Positions 49,554 through 59,113 of a stretch of DNA of 64,000 bases are shown here, one piece after another. This DNA is from Anaeromyxobacteraceae bacterium. GTDB taxonomy: Bacteria > Myxococcota > Myxococcia > Myxococcales > Anaeromyxobacteraceae. The translations under genes and the position numbers were made by a program. The number at the start of each line of letters is the position of its first letter. Position 1 is the first letter of the stretch. Location: assembly GCA_047602405.1 (NCBI GenBank), contig JASGHJ010000001.1, forward strand, positions 1,824,001 through 1,888,000, read 5' to 3'. The notes below the pieces were generated by a model. That model saw only the letters and a program-made list of their open reading frames with translations. It did not search any database and had not been told where the DNA came from.

Positions 49554-50702
49554 TCACCAGGCGCGGGCGTCCCGGAGTTCGCCACGCTTCACCTCGACGC
49601 GGAACCTGCGCACGTCTTCCATGGTGTCTGCGCGTGTGAACGACACCGTCCAGGCACTGAGGACGCGCCAGCCGAGCATCTCCCGCGCGGCGGTCACCGC
49701 GTAGGTGATGCCGCCGACGGTTCGCTGCGATGCCTGCGGGCCTTCGGCGCGTTCGGCGTGGGCCTCGTAGAGGCCGGCGACGACGCTCGCCGCGGCTTCG
49801 CGGAACGGAGCGCAGGTGCCGTCGCGGCAGTCCTCGGGAACCCTATTGCTGGAGGCCTCGAAGGTGAGCCGGTAGCGGAGGCGCAGCTCGCAGGGGGCGC
49901 CGAACCGGTCGCCGTCCCAGCGGGACAGCCAGACCGTATCCTCGAGGTCGTACGGTGACGTCGCCGCTTCGACGGCGACGACCGCGTCGCCTAGGGACGC
50001 GAAGCCGCGGGTCGTGAGGCAGCCCGCTGCCTCGTCTTCGACGAACCAGGAGGGAGGGCTGTTGGCGGGTCGGGCGTGGCCGTCCACGTTCCGGAAGAAG
50101 GCCATCGTCCAGCAGAGGAGGGTTCCCCCTTGGGTCGCAGCCGCATACACCGCAGTTCCAGGGACCCGGTGGATGCGGATCGCCTGTGCCCGGTCCCCCG
50201 AGAAGGGCTCCTCTTCGAACGCGATGGGCGGTCGCTCCTGAGCACCCCAAGCGTTCCACGCCGAGAGCGTCGGCTCGCTCGGACCGGGAAGCGGTGGCGC
50301 GATCGGGACCAGCTCGGCGCGCGCGGAGGTCGGCGCCGAGCGCGCATGCGCGGCGACGTCCGTGCAGAGCGGGAGGGCCTGGCGGGCGGGCGGCTCCGAG
50401 AGCTCGGCGATGCGGCGGTCATAGAGGTTTCCCAGGCATCGGACGTCGTCCTCGCCGCATACCCGGTCGCGCTCCTCGAGCCAGACCCCCTGCGAGCGCT
50501 GCAGGGAGCGCCGCGCGGAGGGCGACGCGCGCAGGGCGGTCCGGTACGTGTCCGCGAGCTCGAGATCGAGCGCGGCGAGCGCCGGGGTCCGGCAGACGAG
50601 CCGCTCGACCTTGGTGGATGCGCGCGCGCAGTCGAAGCTCGGGCCGGCGTCCGGGGCGGACGCCAGGAGCGACGCGACGAGCATTGCCTCGAGGTGGGTC
50701 AT
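49554..50702 (-). CDS. Secreted protein with N-terminal LprI-like (lysozyme inhibitor) domain
   Basis: PSFDCARASTKVERLVC...LAALD...QGVWLEERDRVC...CL...YDRRIAEL. Confidence 0.75.
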   Translation of the reverse strand: MTHLEAMLVASLLASAPDAGPSFDCARASTKVERLVCRTPALAALDLELADTYRTALRASPSARRSLQRSQGVWLEERDRVCGEDDVRCLGNLYDRRIAELSEPPARQALPLCTDVAAHARSAPTSARAELVPIAPPLPGPSEPTLSAWNAWGAQERPPIAFEEEPFSGDRAQAIRIHRVPGTAVYAAATQGGTLLCWTMAFFRNVDGHARPANSPPSWFVEDEAAGCLTTRGFASLGDAVVAVEAATSPYDLEDTVWLSRWDGDRFGAPCELRLRYRLTFEASSNRVPEDCRDGTCAPFREAAASVVAGLYEAHAERAEGPQASQRTVGGITYAVTAAREMLGWRVLSAWTVSFTRADTMEDVRRFRVEVKRGELRDARAW

Positions 50703-50854
50703 GGCCGTCTCCGAGCGCGGACCGCGCGGGAGGCCGCCCGGTTGCGCTCGTGACCGCGAGTATGCACCCGGCGCGCCCGCCGGAACGCCCGGAACTTCGG
50801 CGTATTACCAGGCCGGTGGCCAGCGGGACACGGACCGCCGCCGCCGGAGAACCC

Positions 50855-51964
50855 TCACCCCGCCGCGGCGGTCGGCTCGAGCGCGGCGTCGCCGAGGGGG
50901 ACCTCGCGGCAGCCGTCGCCGGCGGAGCGGTAGGCGGCCTCGATGATCTCGATGCAGCGCTCGGCGTCCTGGGCGTCCTTGCCGGCCCACTCGCCGCGGC
51001 GGACGGCGCCGAGGAAGCGATCGAACATCGCGTTGAACCAGCCCGCGTGGCTCGCGTCCATCCAGTCGGAGCGGACCTTCCGGCGCTCGACGTCCCAGGT
51101 GACGGCGCCCTGGGCGACGTCGGGGCCGCCGGTGGCGCGCTGGGTGGCGACCTGGAGGTCGTCGTCGTCGACCGTCACCGCGCCCCGCTCGCCCTGCACG
51201 GTGTAGACGACCTTGCGGACGCCGGCGGTCCAGGTCAGGTGGACGTGCGCGAGGACGGCGCCGGGGAAGGTGAGCACCGCGGAGAAGTTGTCCTCGGTGT
51301 CCCAGCGCGCCGGCTCCTGGTTGACCATCTTGGCGGTGACCGAGACCGGCCACGCGTCGAGCCAGTCGAAGGTCAGGTAGAAGGTGTGGCTCCCGTGGTC
51401 CATGGCGATGCCGCCGCCGGAGGTGTGGACCTTGCGCCGCCAGTGGGTGTCGAACTCGGGCACGCCGCGCGCGTGGGTGTTCCGGAAGGTCTCGAGCGTC
51501 ACCGCGCGGACCGCGCCGATGCGCCCGGAGTCGATGACGTCGCGGATCGCCCGGACGACCGGCGCGTGGCGGTAGTTGTGGCAGGGGAAGATCACCCGGC
51601 GGGTGCGGCGGGCGTGCTCGAGGATCGCGGTCGCCTGGGCGTGCCGGACGGCGAGGGGCTTCTCGCAGAGCACGTGGAGGCCCGCGTCGAGGGCGCGGTG
51701 CGCGATCTCGGCGTGGTCGCACGGCGGGGTGGCGACGTCGAGGAAGTCGAGCCGGCCGGCCTCGGCGGCGAGCAGCGCCTCGGCCGAGGGGTACACCCGC
51801 GCGTGCGGCAGCCGCTCGCGCACGAGCGCGAGCCGGGCGGGCGTGGTGTCCGCCACCGCGACGAGCTCCACGTCGCGCCGCGCCTGGTACGCGGGCACGT
51901 GCCCGAGCGCGCCGATGAAGCCGTAGCCGACGAGCGCCCCCCGCAGCCGACCTTCGCGAGCCAT
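50855..51964 (-). CDS. Gfo/Idh/MocA-family NAD(P)-dependent oxidoreductase
   Basis: LVGYGFIG, VATPP, HVLCEKP, HNYR, GGGIAMDHGSH. Confidence 0.9.
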   Translation of the reverse strand: MAREGRLRGALVGYGFIGALGHVPAYQARRDVELVAVADTTPARLALVRERLPHARVYPSAEALLAAEAGRLDFLDVATPPCDHAEIAHRALDAGLHVLCEKPLAVRHAQATAILEHARRTRRVIFPCHNYRHAPVVRAIRDVIDSGRIGAVRAVTLETFRNTHARGVPEFDTHWRRKVHTSGGGIAMDHGSHTFYLTFDWLDAWPVSVTAKMVNQEPARWDTEDNFSAVLTFPGAVLAHVHLTWTAGVRKVVYTVQGERGAVTVDDDDLQVATQRATGGPDVAQGAVTWDVERRKVRSDWMDASHAGWFNAMFDRFLGAVRRGEWAGKDAQDAERCIEIIEAAYRSAGDGCREVPLGDAALEPTAAAG

Positions 51965-52029
51965 GGTGCACCTTTCGGATGTCTGCTCGACCGAGGTTCC
52001 TCGAGACGACGACGTGCGTCCGTGCCCCT

Positions 52030-53370
52030 TCAGCGCCAGCGGCCCCCGTCCCGGAGCCAGGTGAACGCCTCGTCCAGGATCGCGAGCCCCTCGAGCGCGG
52101 TGTCCGCGTCGATGGTGAGCGCCGGCTGCAGCCGCACGTGCGGCGTGTAGACCATCGCGAGGAGCCCGCGCCGGACGCACTCCGCGTAGAGCGCCCTCGT
52201 CACGGCGGCGTCGAGAGGCTCCCGGGTCCTGCGGTCCTTCACGAGCTCCACCCCGAGGAAGAGGCCCGCCCCGCGCACGTCGCCGATGAACGGGTGCCGC
52301 TCCTGCATGCGCCGGAGCTCGTCGAGCATGCGCGCGCCGACGTACTCGGCGGCGTCCCAGAGCCGCTCGTCGCGGATGGTCGTGACCGAGGCGAGCGCCG
52401 CCGCCGCGGCGAGCGCGTTCCCGCCGTAGCTCGAGGACGCGCCCGACGGGTCCGCCCAAGGCCTCGTCGCGGCGATCTCGGTGCGGGTGAGGACGCCGGA
52501 GATCGGGAAGCCCGAGCCGAAGGCCTTGCCGAGCGTCACGACGTCGGGCCGCGCGCCGGTGTGGTCGACGCCCCACGGCCTCCCGGTCCGGCCGAAGCCG
52601 GTGATCATCTCGTCGGCGACGAACAGCGCGCCCGCCTCGTGCGCCGCCTCGGCGACGGCGGGCAGGAACTCGCGCGGCGGGATGACGTTGCCGGCGGTGC
52701 CCTGCATCGGCTCCGCGACCACCGCGGCGACCGGGCCGGCCCCGCCCTGGCGGATCGCCCTTCGCGCGAGCTCCGCGCAGGCGAGGCCGCACGACGGGTA
52801 GGCGAGCCCGAGCGGGCACCGGTAGCAGTCGGCGTAGGGCGTGAGCGCCGCCCCGGAGGGCAGCGGGCCGAAGGCGGCGCGGGCGGGCGAGCCCATGAGG
52901 GCCGCGGCCCCGGCGGTCTTGCCGTGGAACCCGCCCCAGAAGCCGACGACCGCCTCGCGCCGGGTGAACTGGCGGGCGAGGCGCAGCGCGGACTCCACCG
53001 CCTCGGCGCCCGACGAGTAGAGCTGCAGCCGGTCGAGGCCCGCGGGCGCCAGCGCGCACACGGCGTTCACGAGCTCGGCGCGCGGCGACGAGGTGAAGCT
53101 GCCCACGGTGAGCTTCGCCGCCTGCGCCTGCAGCGCGGCGACGTGCCGGGGATGGCAGTGCCCCAGCGCGTTCACGCCGATGCCGCCGACGAGGTCCACG
53201 AAGACGTTGCCGTCGACGTCGGTGAGGAGCGAGCCCTCGCCACGCTCCATCGCGACGCCGGCCCAGAGCGCGAAGCCCTGCAGGCCAGGCGCGAGGTGCG
53301 CCTGCTCGCGCGCGACCACCTCGCGCGAGCGAGGGCCGGGGACTTCGGTGCGGATGCGGACCTGGGCCAT
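52030..53370 (-). CDS. Class-III PLP-dependent aminotransferase
   Basis: DVDGNVFVD, LGHCHP, SSGAEAVESALRLA, FHGKT, ADEMITGFGRTG, PDVVTLGKAFGSG, YGGN. Confidence 0.92.
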   Translation of the reverse strand: MAQVRIRTEVPGPRSREVVAREQAHLAPGLQGFALWAGVAMERGEGSLLTDVDGNVFVDLVGGIGVNALGHCHPRHVAALQAQAAKLTVGSFTSSPRAELVNAVCALAPAGLDRLQLYSSGAEAVESALRLARQFTRREAVVGFWGGFHGKTAGAAALMGSPARAAFGPLPSGAALTPYADCYRCPLGLAYPSCGLACAELARRAIRQGGAGPVAAVVAEPMQGTAGNVIPPREFLPAVAEAAHEAGALFVADEMITGFGRTGRPWGVDHTGARPDVVTLGKAFGSGFPISGVLTRTEIAATRPWADPSGASSSYGGNALAAAAALASVTTIRDERLWDAAEYVGARMLDELRRMQERHPFIGDVRGAGLFLGVELVKDRRTREPLDAAVTRALYAECVRRGLLAMVYTPHVRLQPALTIDADTALEGLAILDEAFTWLRDGGRWR

Positions 53371-53526
53371 GGCCCTCCGGGGGCAGGCGGGAGTCGCCTC
53401 CGTCAACGTAGCGAGCGACGGTGCATTCCTGCCGCTGCGTTCTGCAATGGGGACGCCCCACCTCGACACGCGGTGCTCCGTGAGGGGCGTGTTGCCGGAC
53501 GGTCACGCACGGGATAACTGCGGGGC

Positions 53527-54303
53527 GTGCTGCGCTCGGTGCTCGAGAGCCCCGTCCTGCGCTGGGGTCCCCCGGCGCTCACCGCCTTCTTCCTCGCGGC
53601 GGTCGCGGCGTACGCGGTGAAGGCCGCGCTCTTCGGGCGGACGCGCGTGGCGCGCGTGGACCAGCTCGGCGGCAGCGCGGTGCTCTCGAAGGCGGTGATG
53701 GAGTCGTGGTTCTGGGCGACGACGCCCATCGTGCGGGGCTCGATCAAGGCGGGGCTCCACCCCGACGTCTTCACCTGGACGTCGCTCGTGCTCCAGGGGC
53801 TCGCGGCGCTCCTCGTCGCGGCCGGGTACTTCGCGCTCGGCGGCTGGGTCCTCGTCTTCGGCGCGTTCTGCGACGCGCTCGACGGCGCGGTGGCCCGCGC
53901 CCGCGGCCTCGCCTCCGACGCGGGCGAGGTGCTCGACGCGGCCGTCGACCGCTGGGCGGAGATGTCCGTCTTCGCCGGGTACGCCTACTACTACCGGGAG
54001 CTCCCCTGGGCGTTCGCGCTCGCGGCCGGGGCGAGCGCCGGCGCGGTCATGGTCAGCTACGCCCGCGCGAAGGCCGAGGGCTACGGCATCGACGCGAGGA
54101 TGGGGCTCATGCAGCGCCACGAGCGCGCGGCCTGGCTGTCGGTCGCGACGGTGTTCTCCGGCGTCTGGGAGACCTGGCACCCGTCGGCGGGCCCCGCGCT
54201 CCACCCGCTCGTGCTCGTCGCCCTCGGCGCGATCTGCGTGCTCGGCAACTGGACCGGCTGGCTCCGCACCCGGTACACGCGGGCGGAGCTCCGCAGGCGA
54301 TGA
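53527..54303 (+). CDS. CDP-alcohol phosphatidyltransferase, PIP-synthase-like
   Basis: Signature DALDGAVAR...GEVLDAAVDR; MVSYARAKAEG and GLMQRHER motifs. Confidence 0.88.
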   Translation: MLRSVLESPVLRWGPPALTAFFLAAVAAYAVKAALFGRTRVARVDQLGGSAVLSKAVMESWFWATTPIVRGSIKAGLHPDVFTWTSLVLQGLAALLVAAGYFALGGWVLVFGAFCDALDGAVARARGLASDAGEVLDAAVDRWAEMSVFAGYAYYYRELPWAFALAAGASAGAVMVSYARAKAEGYGIDARMGLMQRHERAAWLSVATVFSGVWETWHPSAGPALHPLVLVALGAICVLGNWTGWLRTRYTRAELRRR

Positions 54304-54737
54304 GCGGACGGCTCCTCCTCGAGGCGGGCCGGTTCGTCCGGTCGAACCTGTCTTCGCTCGTCGCGACCGGGCTCGAGTGGCTGCTCGTGACCGGGCTCGT
54401 GGTCGCCCGCGCGCATTATCTCGCGGCCGCGGCGGCGGGCGCGGTGCTGGGCGCGGGGGTGGACTTCGGCCTGAAGCGCCACTGGGCCTTCCGCCGCGCG
54501 CGGAAGGGCCGGGTCCACCAGGAGGCGGCGCGCTACCTCGTCGTCTCCGCCGGCTCGCTCGCGCTCAACCTCGGGCTCTCCTGGCTCCTGGTCGACGGGC
54601 TCGGGCTGCCGAAGGTCCCCGGCATCATCGCCGCCTCGGTGAGCGTGGGCGCCGCCTTCAACTACCCGCTCCACCGGCACTTCACCTTCCCGCATGGCGT
54701 CCACCGCCCGGCCGAGGAAGGCGGCGGAGCGCGGTGA
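54300..54737 (+). CDS. GtrA-family small membrane protein
   Basis: ATGA overlap; RFVRSNLSSLVAT, four TMs, KRHWAF, FNYPLHRHFTF. Confidence 0.82.
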   Translation: MSGRLLLEAGRFVRSNLSSLVATGLEWLLVTGLVVARAHYLAAAAAGAVLGAGVDFGLKRHWAFRRARKGRVHQEAARYLVVSAGSLALNLGLSWLLVDGLGLPKVPGIIAASVSVGAAFNYPLHRHFTFPHGVHRPAEEGGGAR

Positions 54738-55403
54738 GGCCGCTCGCGGTGGTCTGCGACTTCGACGGGACCGCGACGGTGGACGACCTCGCCGACGCGC
54801 TCTCGATCGCGCACCTCGGCGAGGCCCGCTGGCGGGCGGCGAACGACGCCTTCCAGGCGGGCGCGTTCCCGTTCGAGGAGCTCTTGCGCCGGATCTTCGA
54901 GGCCCATCGCCGCGACCCGCGAGGGGCTCGCCGCGTTCGCGCGCGCCCACGCGCGCTTCCGGCCCGGGTTCGAGCGGCTCCTCGCCGCCTGCCGCGAGCG
55001 CGGCGTGCGCTTCGTGCTCGCCTCCGGCGGCCTCGACGTCTACCTCGAGCCCGCGCTCGCGCTCCTGCCGCCCGCGCTCGTGGCCGGGCTCGAGGTCCGC
55101 GCGAACCACGCCGAGCCGGTGCCGGGCGGGCTCGCGCTCTCGTTCCCGTGGAAGGACGCGCCCGGGGCGTGCGGGCGGTGCGGCTCCTGCAAGGGCGCGA
55201 TCGTGAAGGAGCTGCAGGCGGCGGGGCACCGGGTGATCGCCGTGGGCGACGGCAACGCCGACCGGTGCATGGCGGGCGTGGCGGACGTGCTCTTCGCCCG
55301 AGGCCGGCTCCTCGCGTGGTGTGCGCGCGAGGGGATTCCGTGCGAGCCGTTCGAGACGTTCGAGCCGGTGGTGGCGAGGGTCGAGGCCCTCGCCGGTTCC
55401 TGA
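54734..55403 (+). pseudogene. HAD-IB phosphatase (MtnX-like) with +1 frameshift at ~54902 (possibly sequencing error)
   Basis: GTGA overlap; CDFDGT motif I; after skipping one G: RPGF, ASGGL, CGSCK, VGDGNAD, FARG. Confidence 0.75.
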
Positions 55404-55457
55404 GCCGCGACGCTTCGCCGCTCCCGCGGAGCGCCGATCCGGCGTAGACGGCGGGGC

Positions 55458-56240
55458 ATGGCCCTCCACGCGCTCCGCCCCGACTTCGAGGCCCGCCTCG
55501 CCGAGGAGCGCGCCGCGCACCCGGCCCGCGCGCTCCCGCCGCTCGAGGAGGCCAACCTCGCCCCGCTGCCGCCGCCGGTGCAGCATTTCCTGCGCCGGAC
55601 CGGCGCGGTCGGAAGGCCGCGGGTCGATCGCGTGCGCGTGGAGTGGGGCGCGCGCATGTGGCGGAAGCCCGGCGGCGCGCCCATGGACGCGCCCGCGGTG
55701 CAGCACTCCTGGTTCGGCGAGCGGCCGGCGCGGCTCTTCTTCATGACCGCGCGGATGTTCGGGCTGCCGGTGCAGGTGTTCCACGACTACCGCGGGGCCG
55801 AGGCCTCCATGCGCGTGCGGCTCGCCTCGCTCGTCGACGCGGCGAACGTCTCGGGCGAGGTCATGTCGCGCGGCGAGACGGTCACGATCCTCAACGACAT
55901 GTGCTTCCTCGCCCCGGCCACGCTGGTGGACCCGCGCCTCGCCTGGGAGCCGGTCGACGACCGGCGCGCGCGGGTCACCTTCCGGAACGGCCCGCACGCG
56001 GTCCGGGCCGAGCTCGTGTTCGACGCCGCGGACCAGCTCGTGAACTTCTTCTCCGACGACCGGCCCGCGCTCGTGGACGGGAAGCTCCAGCCCTACCGGT
56101 GGTCGACGCCCATCGCGGACTATCGCGAGGTGGACGGGCGCTTCCTCCCGCGCACCGGGCGCGCCGTGTACGCGTACCCCCAGGGCGACTTCACCTACGG
56201 CGACTTCGAGGTCCGCGCGCTCGCGTACGACGGCGTGTAG
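55458..56240 (+). CDS. Conserved hypothetical protein (DUF6544-like)
   Basis: LPPPVQHFLRRTGAVG, PARLFFM, ETVTILNDMCFLAP, WSTPIADY. Confidence 0.6.
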   Translation: MALHALRPDFEARLAEERAAHPARALPPLEEANLAPLPPPVQHFLRRTGAVGRPRVDRVRVEWGARMWRKPGGAPMDAPAVQHSWFGERPARLFFMTARMFGLPVQVFHDYRGAEASMRVRLASLVDAANVSGEVMSRGETVTILNDMCFLAPATLVDPRLAWEPVDDRRARVTFRNGPHAVRAELVFDAADQLVNFFSDDRPALVDGKLQPYRWSTPIADYREVDGRFLPRTGRAVYAYPQGDFTYGDFEVRALAYDGV

Positions 56241-56351
56241 CCGGGGGCCAGGCCCTCGCGAACAATCGGTCAACCGCGCCAGATCGTCCGTGAGCCCGCG
56301 GGGATCGGCGTGTCCGGCACCGCCGGTCGCACCGCGGGTCGCGGGCGCCCG

Positions 56352-56377
56352 GGAACGGACCGCCGGGGCCGCGCGTC
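56352..56377 (+). promoter_or_regulatory. Possible ECF-sigma promoter
   Basis: GGAAC-N17-CGTC, about 10 nt before GTG 56387. Confidence 0.35.
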
Positions 56378-56386
56378 GTACCGGAC

Positions 56387-57019
56387 GTGCTGCCCCTGCC
56401 CGAGAACGTCGCCTCCACCCCGCCCGGCCCCGTGCCGGACGCGCTCCTCGCGGCCGTGCGCGGGCTGCTGCCGCTCGAGGCCTCCGTGCTCGACCCGCGC
56501 CCGCGGCGCCGCCGCAACGCCGCGCGGTGGGTCCTCCCCGCCCGCCAGGCGGCGGCGCTGGTCGACGCGCTCGCGTCCGGACACGGCGTGCTCGTGTCGA
56601 ACGGGCGCCGCGTGTTCACCGACATCCTCCAGCACGGCGACGGGCTGCGCTCGCTCTCCGCCCGCGCCACGCTCGTGCAGCTCGAGGGGCGCGGCCGCGT
56701 GGTGGTGCGCCTCGGCGTCCGGCTCGAGCGCGCGCCGCTCACCCGCCGCCTCCCGGGGCTCGCGCTCGTCGTCCTCGAGGACGAGGCCGGCGCCGCGGCC
56801 GGCGCCGCGGTGCGCGCGCTGCGGTCGCTCGGCGGCCGGCGCTGCTCGGCCGGCGTCGACGCCGTCGCGGCCGCGCTCGCGTCGGCCTCGCCCGGCGCGG
56901 GCCGCCTCGCCCCGGCCGTCCGGCTCGTCGAGGCGCTCGCCGGCGAGAACAATCCGTCACACGTCCGTCGAACGGACGCACGCGGCGCGCAGGAGAACCT
57001 CATGCAGGAGGAAGCCCCC
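56387..57019 (+). CDS. Degenerate VTC/CYTH-like ORF lacking a stop, reading in-frame into the next gene
   Basis: RRRNAARWVLPARQAAALV, RATLVQLEGRGRVVV...RLPGLALVVLE resemble VTC-domain motifs with charged residues lost. Confidence 0.35.
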
Positions 57020-57460
57020 GTGAACTTCATGAAGACCGTCGCCACCGTCACCCGCGCCGCCGCCGCCGCGGCGCTCCTCGCCACCGCCGGCCACGCCGCC
57101 GCCCAGGAGGGCCCGCCGCCCGGCCCGCCCCGTCAGCCGCCGCCCGAGGCCATCCAGGCCTGCAGCGGCAGGGCCGCGTCCGACGCCTGCCAGGTCAGCC
57201 TCGGCGGGCGCAGCGAGTCCGGCACCTGCTTCGCCTTCGACGGCACCACGCTCGCGTGCCGCCCCGCCCACGGCCCCGGCGGCCACCGCGGTCCGCCGCC
57301 CGAGGCGGTCGAGGCGTGCAAGGGCGTCGCCGAGGGCGAGGCCTGCGCCGTGACGCTGGGAGGCAACACGCTCGACGGCACCTGCGCGAAGGGCCCCGAC
57401 GGCTCCGGCACGCTCGCGTGCCGCCCGTCGAGGATGCCGCCGCCGCCGGACCGCCGCTGA
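57020..57460 (+). CDS. Secreted protein with two 4-Cys PPPEAxxAC repeats
   Basis: RBS AGGAGG before GTG 57020; signal peptide; PPPEAIQAC...C...GTC...LACRP occurs twice. Confidence 0.75.
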   Translation: MNFMKTVATVTRAAAAAALLATAGHAAAQEGPPPGPPRQPPPEAIQACSGRAASDACQVSLGGRSESGTCFAFDGTTLACRPAHGPGGHRGPPPEAVEACKGVAEGEACAVTLGGNTLDGTCAKGPDGSGTLACRPSRMPPPPDRR

Positions 57461-57466
57461 GCGAAC

Positions 57467-57498
57467 CCGTTCGTCCCGGGCGCCCGTACGCCCGGGAC
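57467..57498. repeat. Related REP-like hairpin / possible terminator
   Basis: CCGTTCGTCCCG leader shared with the REP family; stem GTCCCGGGCG/CGCCCGGGAC. Confidence 0.5.
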
Positions 57499-57762
57499 AG
57501 GAGGAAGCCGCGCCGCACGATCGCGCCGCCGAGCCCCAACCGCTGCGTTCCCGTCTCCGAGCCGGGGCCGCGCGGTCGGCGAGGGCGAGAGGAGAGACAC
57601 CCGGTCCCCCCTGGTGTTCGAGCCCTCGCTGGTGATCGTGCGGTGCGGTGTTGTACCGCCGGGCCGTTCGGGCCGCCGTCGAGTCGCGTGCGCGAGTTCC
57701 GGTTGCGGGAGGCGTCCTGCCGTGGTGCACTCCGGGTCCTGGTCGGGCCCCGGAGGTTCGTG

Positions 57763-58881
57763 ATGTCACGGACGGTGGCGGTCGTCGTCGCGGTGCTGCT
57801 GGTCGGTGTGGTGGCCGCGGTCTGGCGAGCCCGCTCGTCGGCGAAAGCGGGCGCCGTGTCGATGGCGCCTCGCCCCTCCGGCTTCACGGATCCGATCGAC
57901 GCCTTCTGGGCCTGGTGGAGGGAGGCCGGGCCGCGGCTGGCAGCCAGGATCGACGCCGGGAAGGCCGCGGAGATCGAGCCGGAGCTGACCCAGCACGTCC
58001 ACGCCATCGACGAGGGGCTCGCGTGGGAGACGGGCAAGGGCCTGCGAGGCGCCCGCCATCACCTCGCGCTCTCGGCGGAGGGGGACGCACGGCTCCGCGT
58101 CGTCACCGAGCGGTGGGTCTCGCGGGCGCCCGCGGCCGACGCCGCCTGGGAGTACTACCCGGCGAGGCAGGCATGGCACACCACAGGCGCACGCCTCACG
58201 ATGCACGACCCCGACTTCACCCTCGAGGAGGCCACGATGCGCGTCTCCCCGACGGTTGTCCCCGAGCGCGAGGTCCTCGACGTCCGGATCTACAGCCCGG
58301 CGTTCGCGAAGATCCCGGAGGACGCCAGGCTTCGGGGGACGTACCTCCTGCTCGACAACCTGCTCGGCGAGGATGCCGTGGAGAAGTGGCTCGGGCGGAT
58401 CGAGCCGGTCACGGAGCCGGTCGCGCCGAGCGAACCCCTCGTTGCCCTCCGGGAACAGGTGGCCCGCCTCGCGAGCACCGCGATCGGCGACCGCTGGGTG
58501 ATCCTGAAGGAGACCGACCCCGAGGGCGCTCCGATCTTCCACACGGTGAACCTCGCGCTGAAGCGCGTGGACCACCTGCTCATGGATCAGCACCTTGCCG
58601 TGACGCTCCCCCTGAAGACGCCCACCGCGGAGGGGCTGACCACCGACGCCGAGGCCGAGCGGCTGAACCAGCTCGAGGACGCGCTCCTCGCGGACCTCGG
58701 GCACGATGCAGTCCAGATCGGGCGGCAGACGGGGCACGGGCGGCGCACCATCCATCTGCACGCCGCGGCGGTCGGCCCTGCCGAGCAGCGGGCCCGGGAC
58801 TGGGCGAGAGGGGTGAACGGCTACGCGGTGGAGATCGACTCTCGCCCCGATCCTGGCTGGGAAATCCTGAAGCGGTACTGA
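57763..58881 (+). CDS. Membrane-anchored DUF695-like protein
   Basis: N-terminal TM, FWAWW, LAWE, LLDNLLGE, ERLNQLEDAL, DPGWE. Confidence 0.6.
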   Translation: MSRTVAVVVAVLLVGVVAAVWRARSSAKAGAVSMAPRPSGFTDPIDAFWAWWREAGPRLAARIDAGKAAEIEPELTQHVHAIDEGLAWETGKGLRGARHHLALSAEGDARLRVVTERWVSRAPAADAAWEYYPARQAWHTTGARLTMHDPDFTLEEATMRVSPTVVPEREVLDVRIYSPAFAKIPEDARLRGTYLLLDNLLGEDAVEKWLGRIEPVTEPVAPSEPLVALREQVARLASTAIGDRWVILKETDPEGAPIFHTVNLALKRVDHLLMDQHLAVTLPLKTPTAEGLTTDAEAERLNQLEDALLADLGHDAVQIGRQTGHGRRTIHLHAAAVGPAEQRARDWARGVNGYAVEIDSRPDPGWEILKRY

Positions 58882-59113
58882 GCCCTTCCGCCTGGCTCCC
58901 CCGAAAGAAACGTCCGCCGAATCAAGTTACTAATGGTGAATGTCGCGCCTGGCGCCGAAGGGCCTGGCGCGGCCGCCCGGGCGCGCCGTTCGGCGGCTCT
59001 GGGCCCGCCGGTCGCGCTTCGCCGGGCTCGGAGCGAGCATTTCCGGGCCTCTGCAGGGGTTCCAGCGGCCGTGTGGCCGGAACATTCGGCCTCTCGGGGC
59101 CGCCGGCGCCCGC

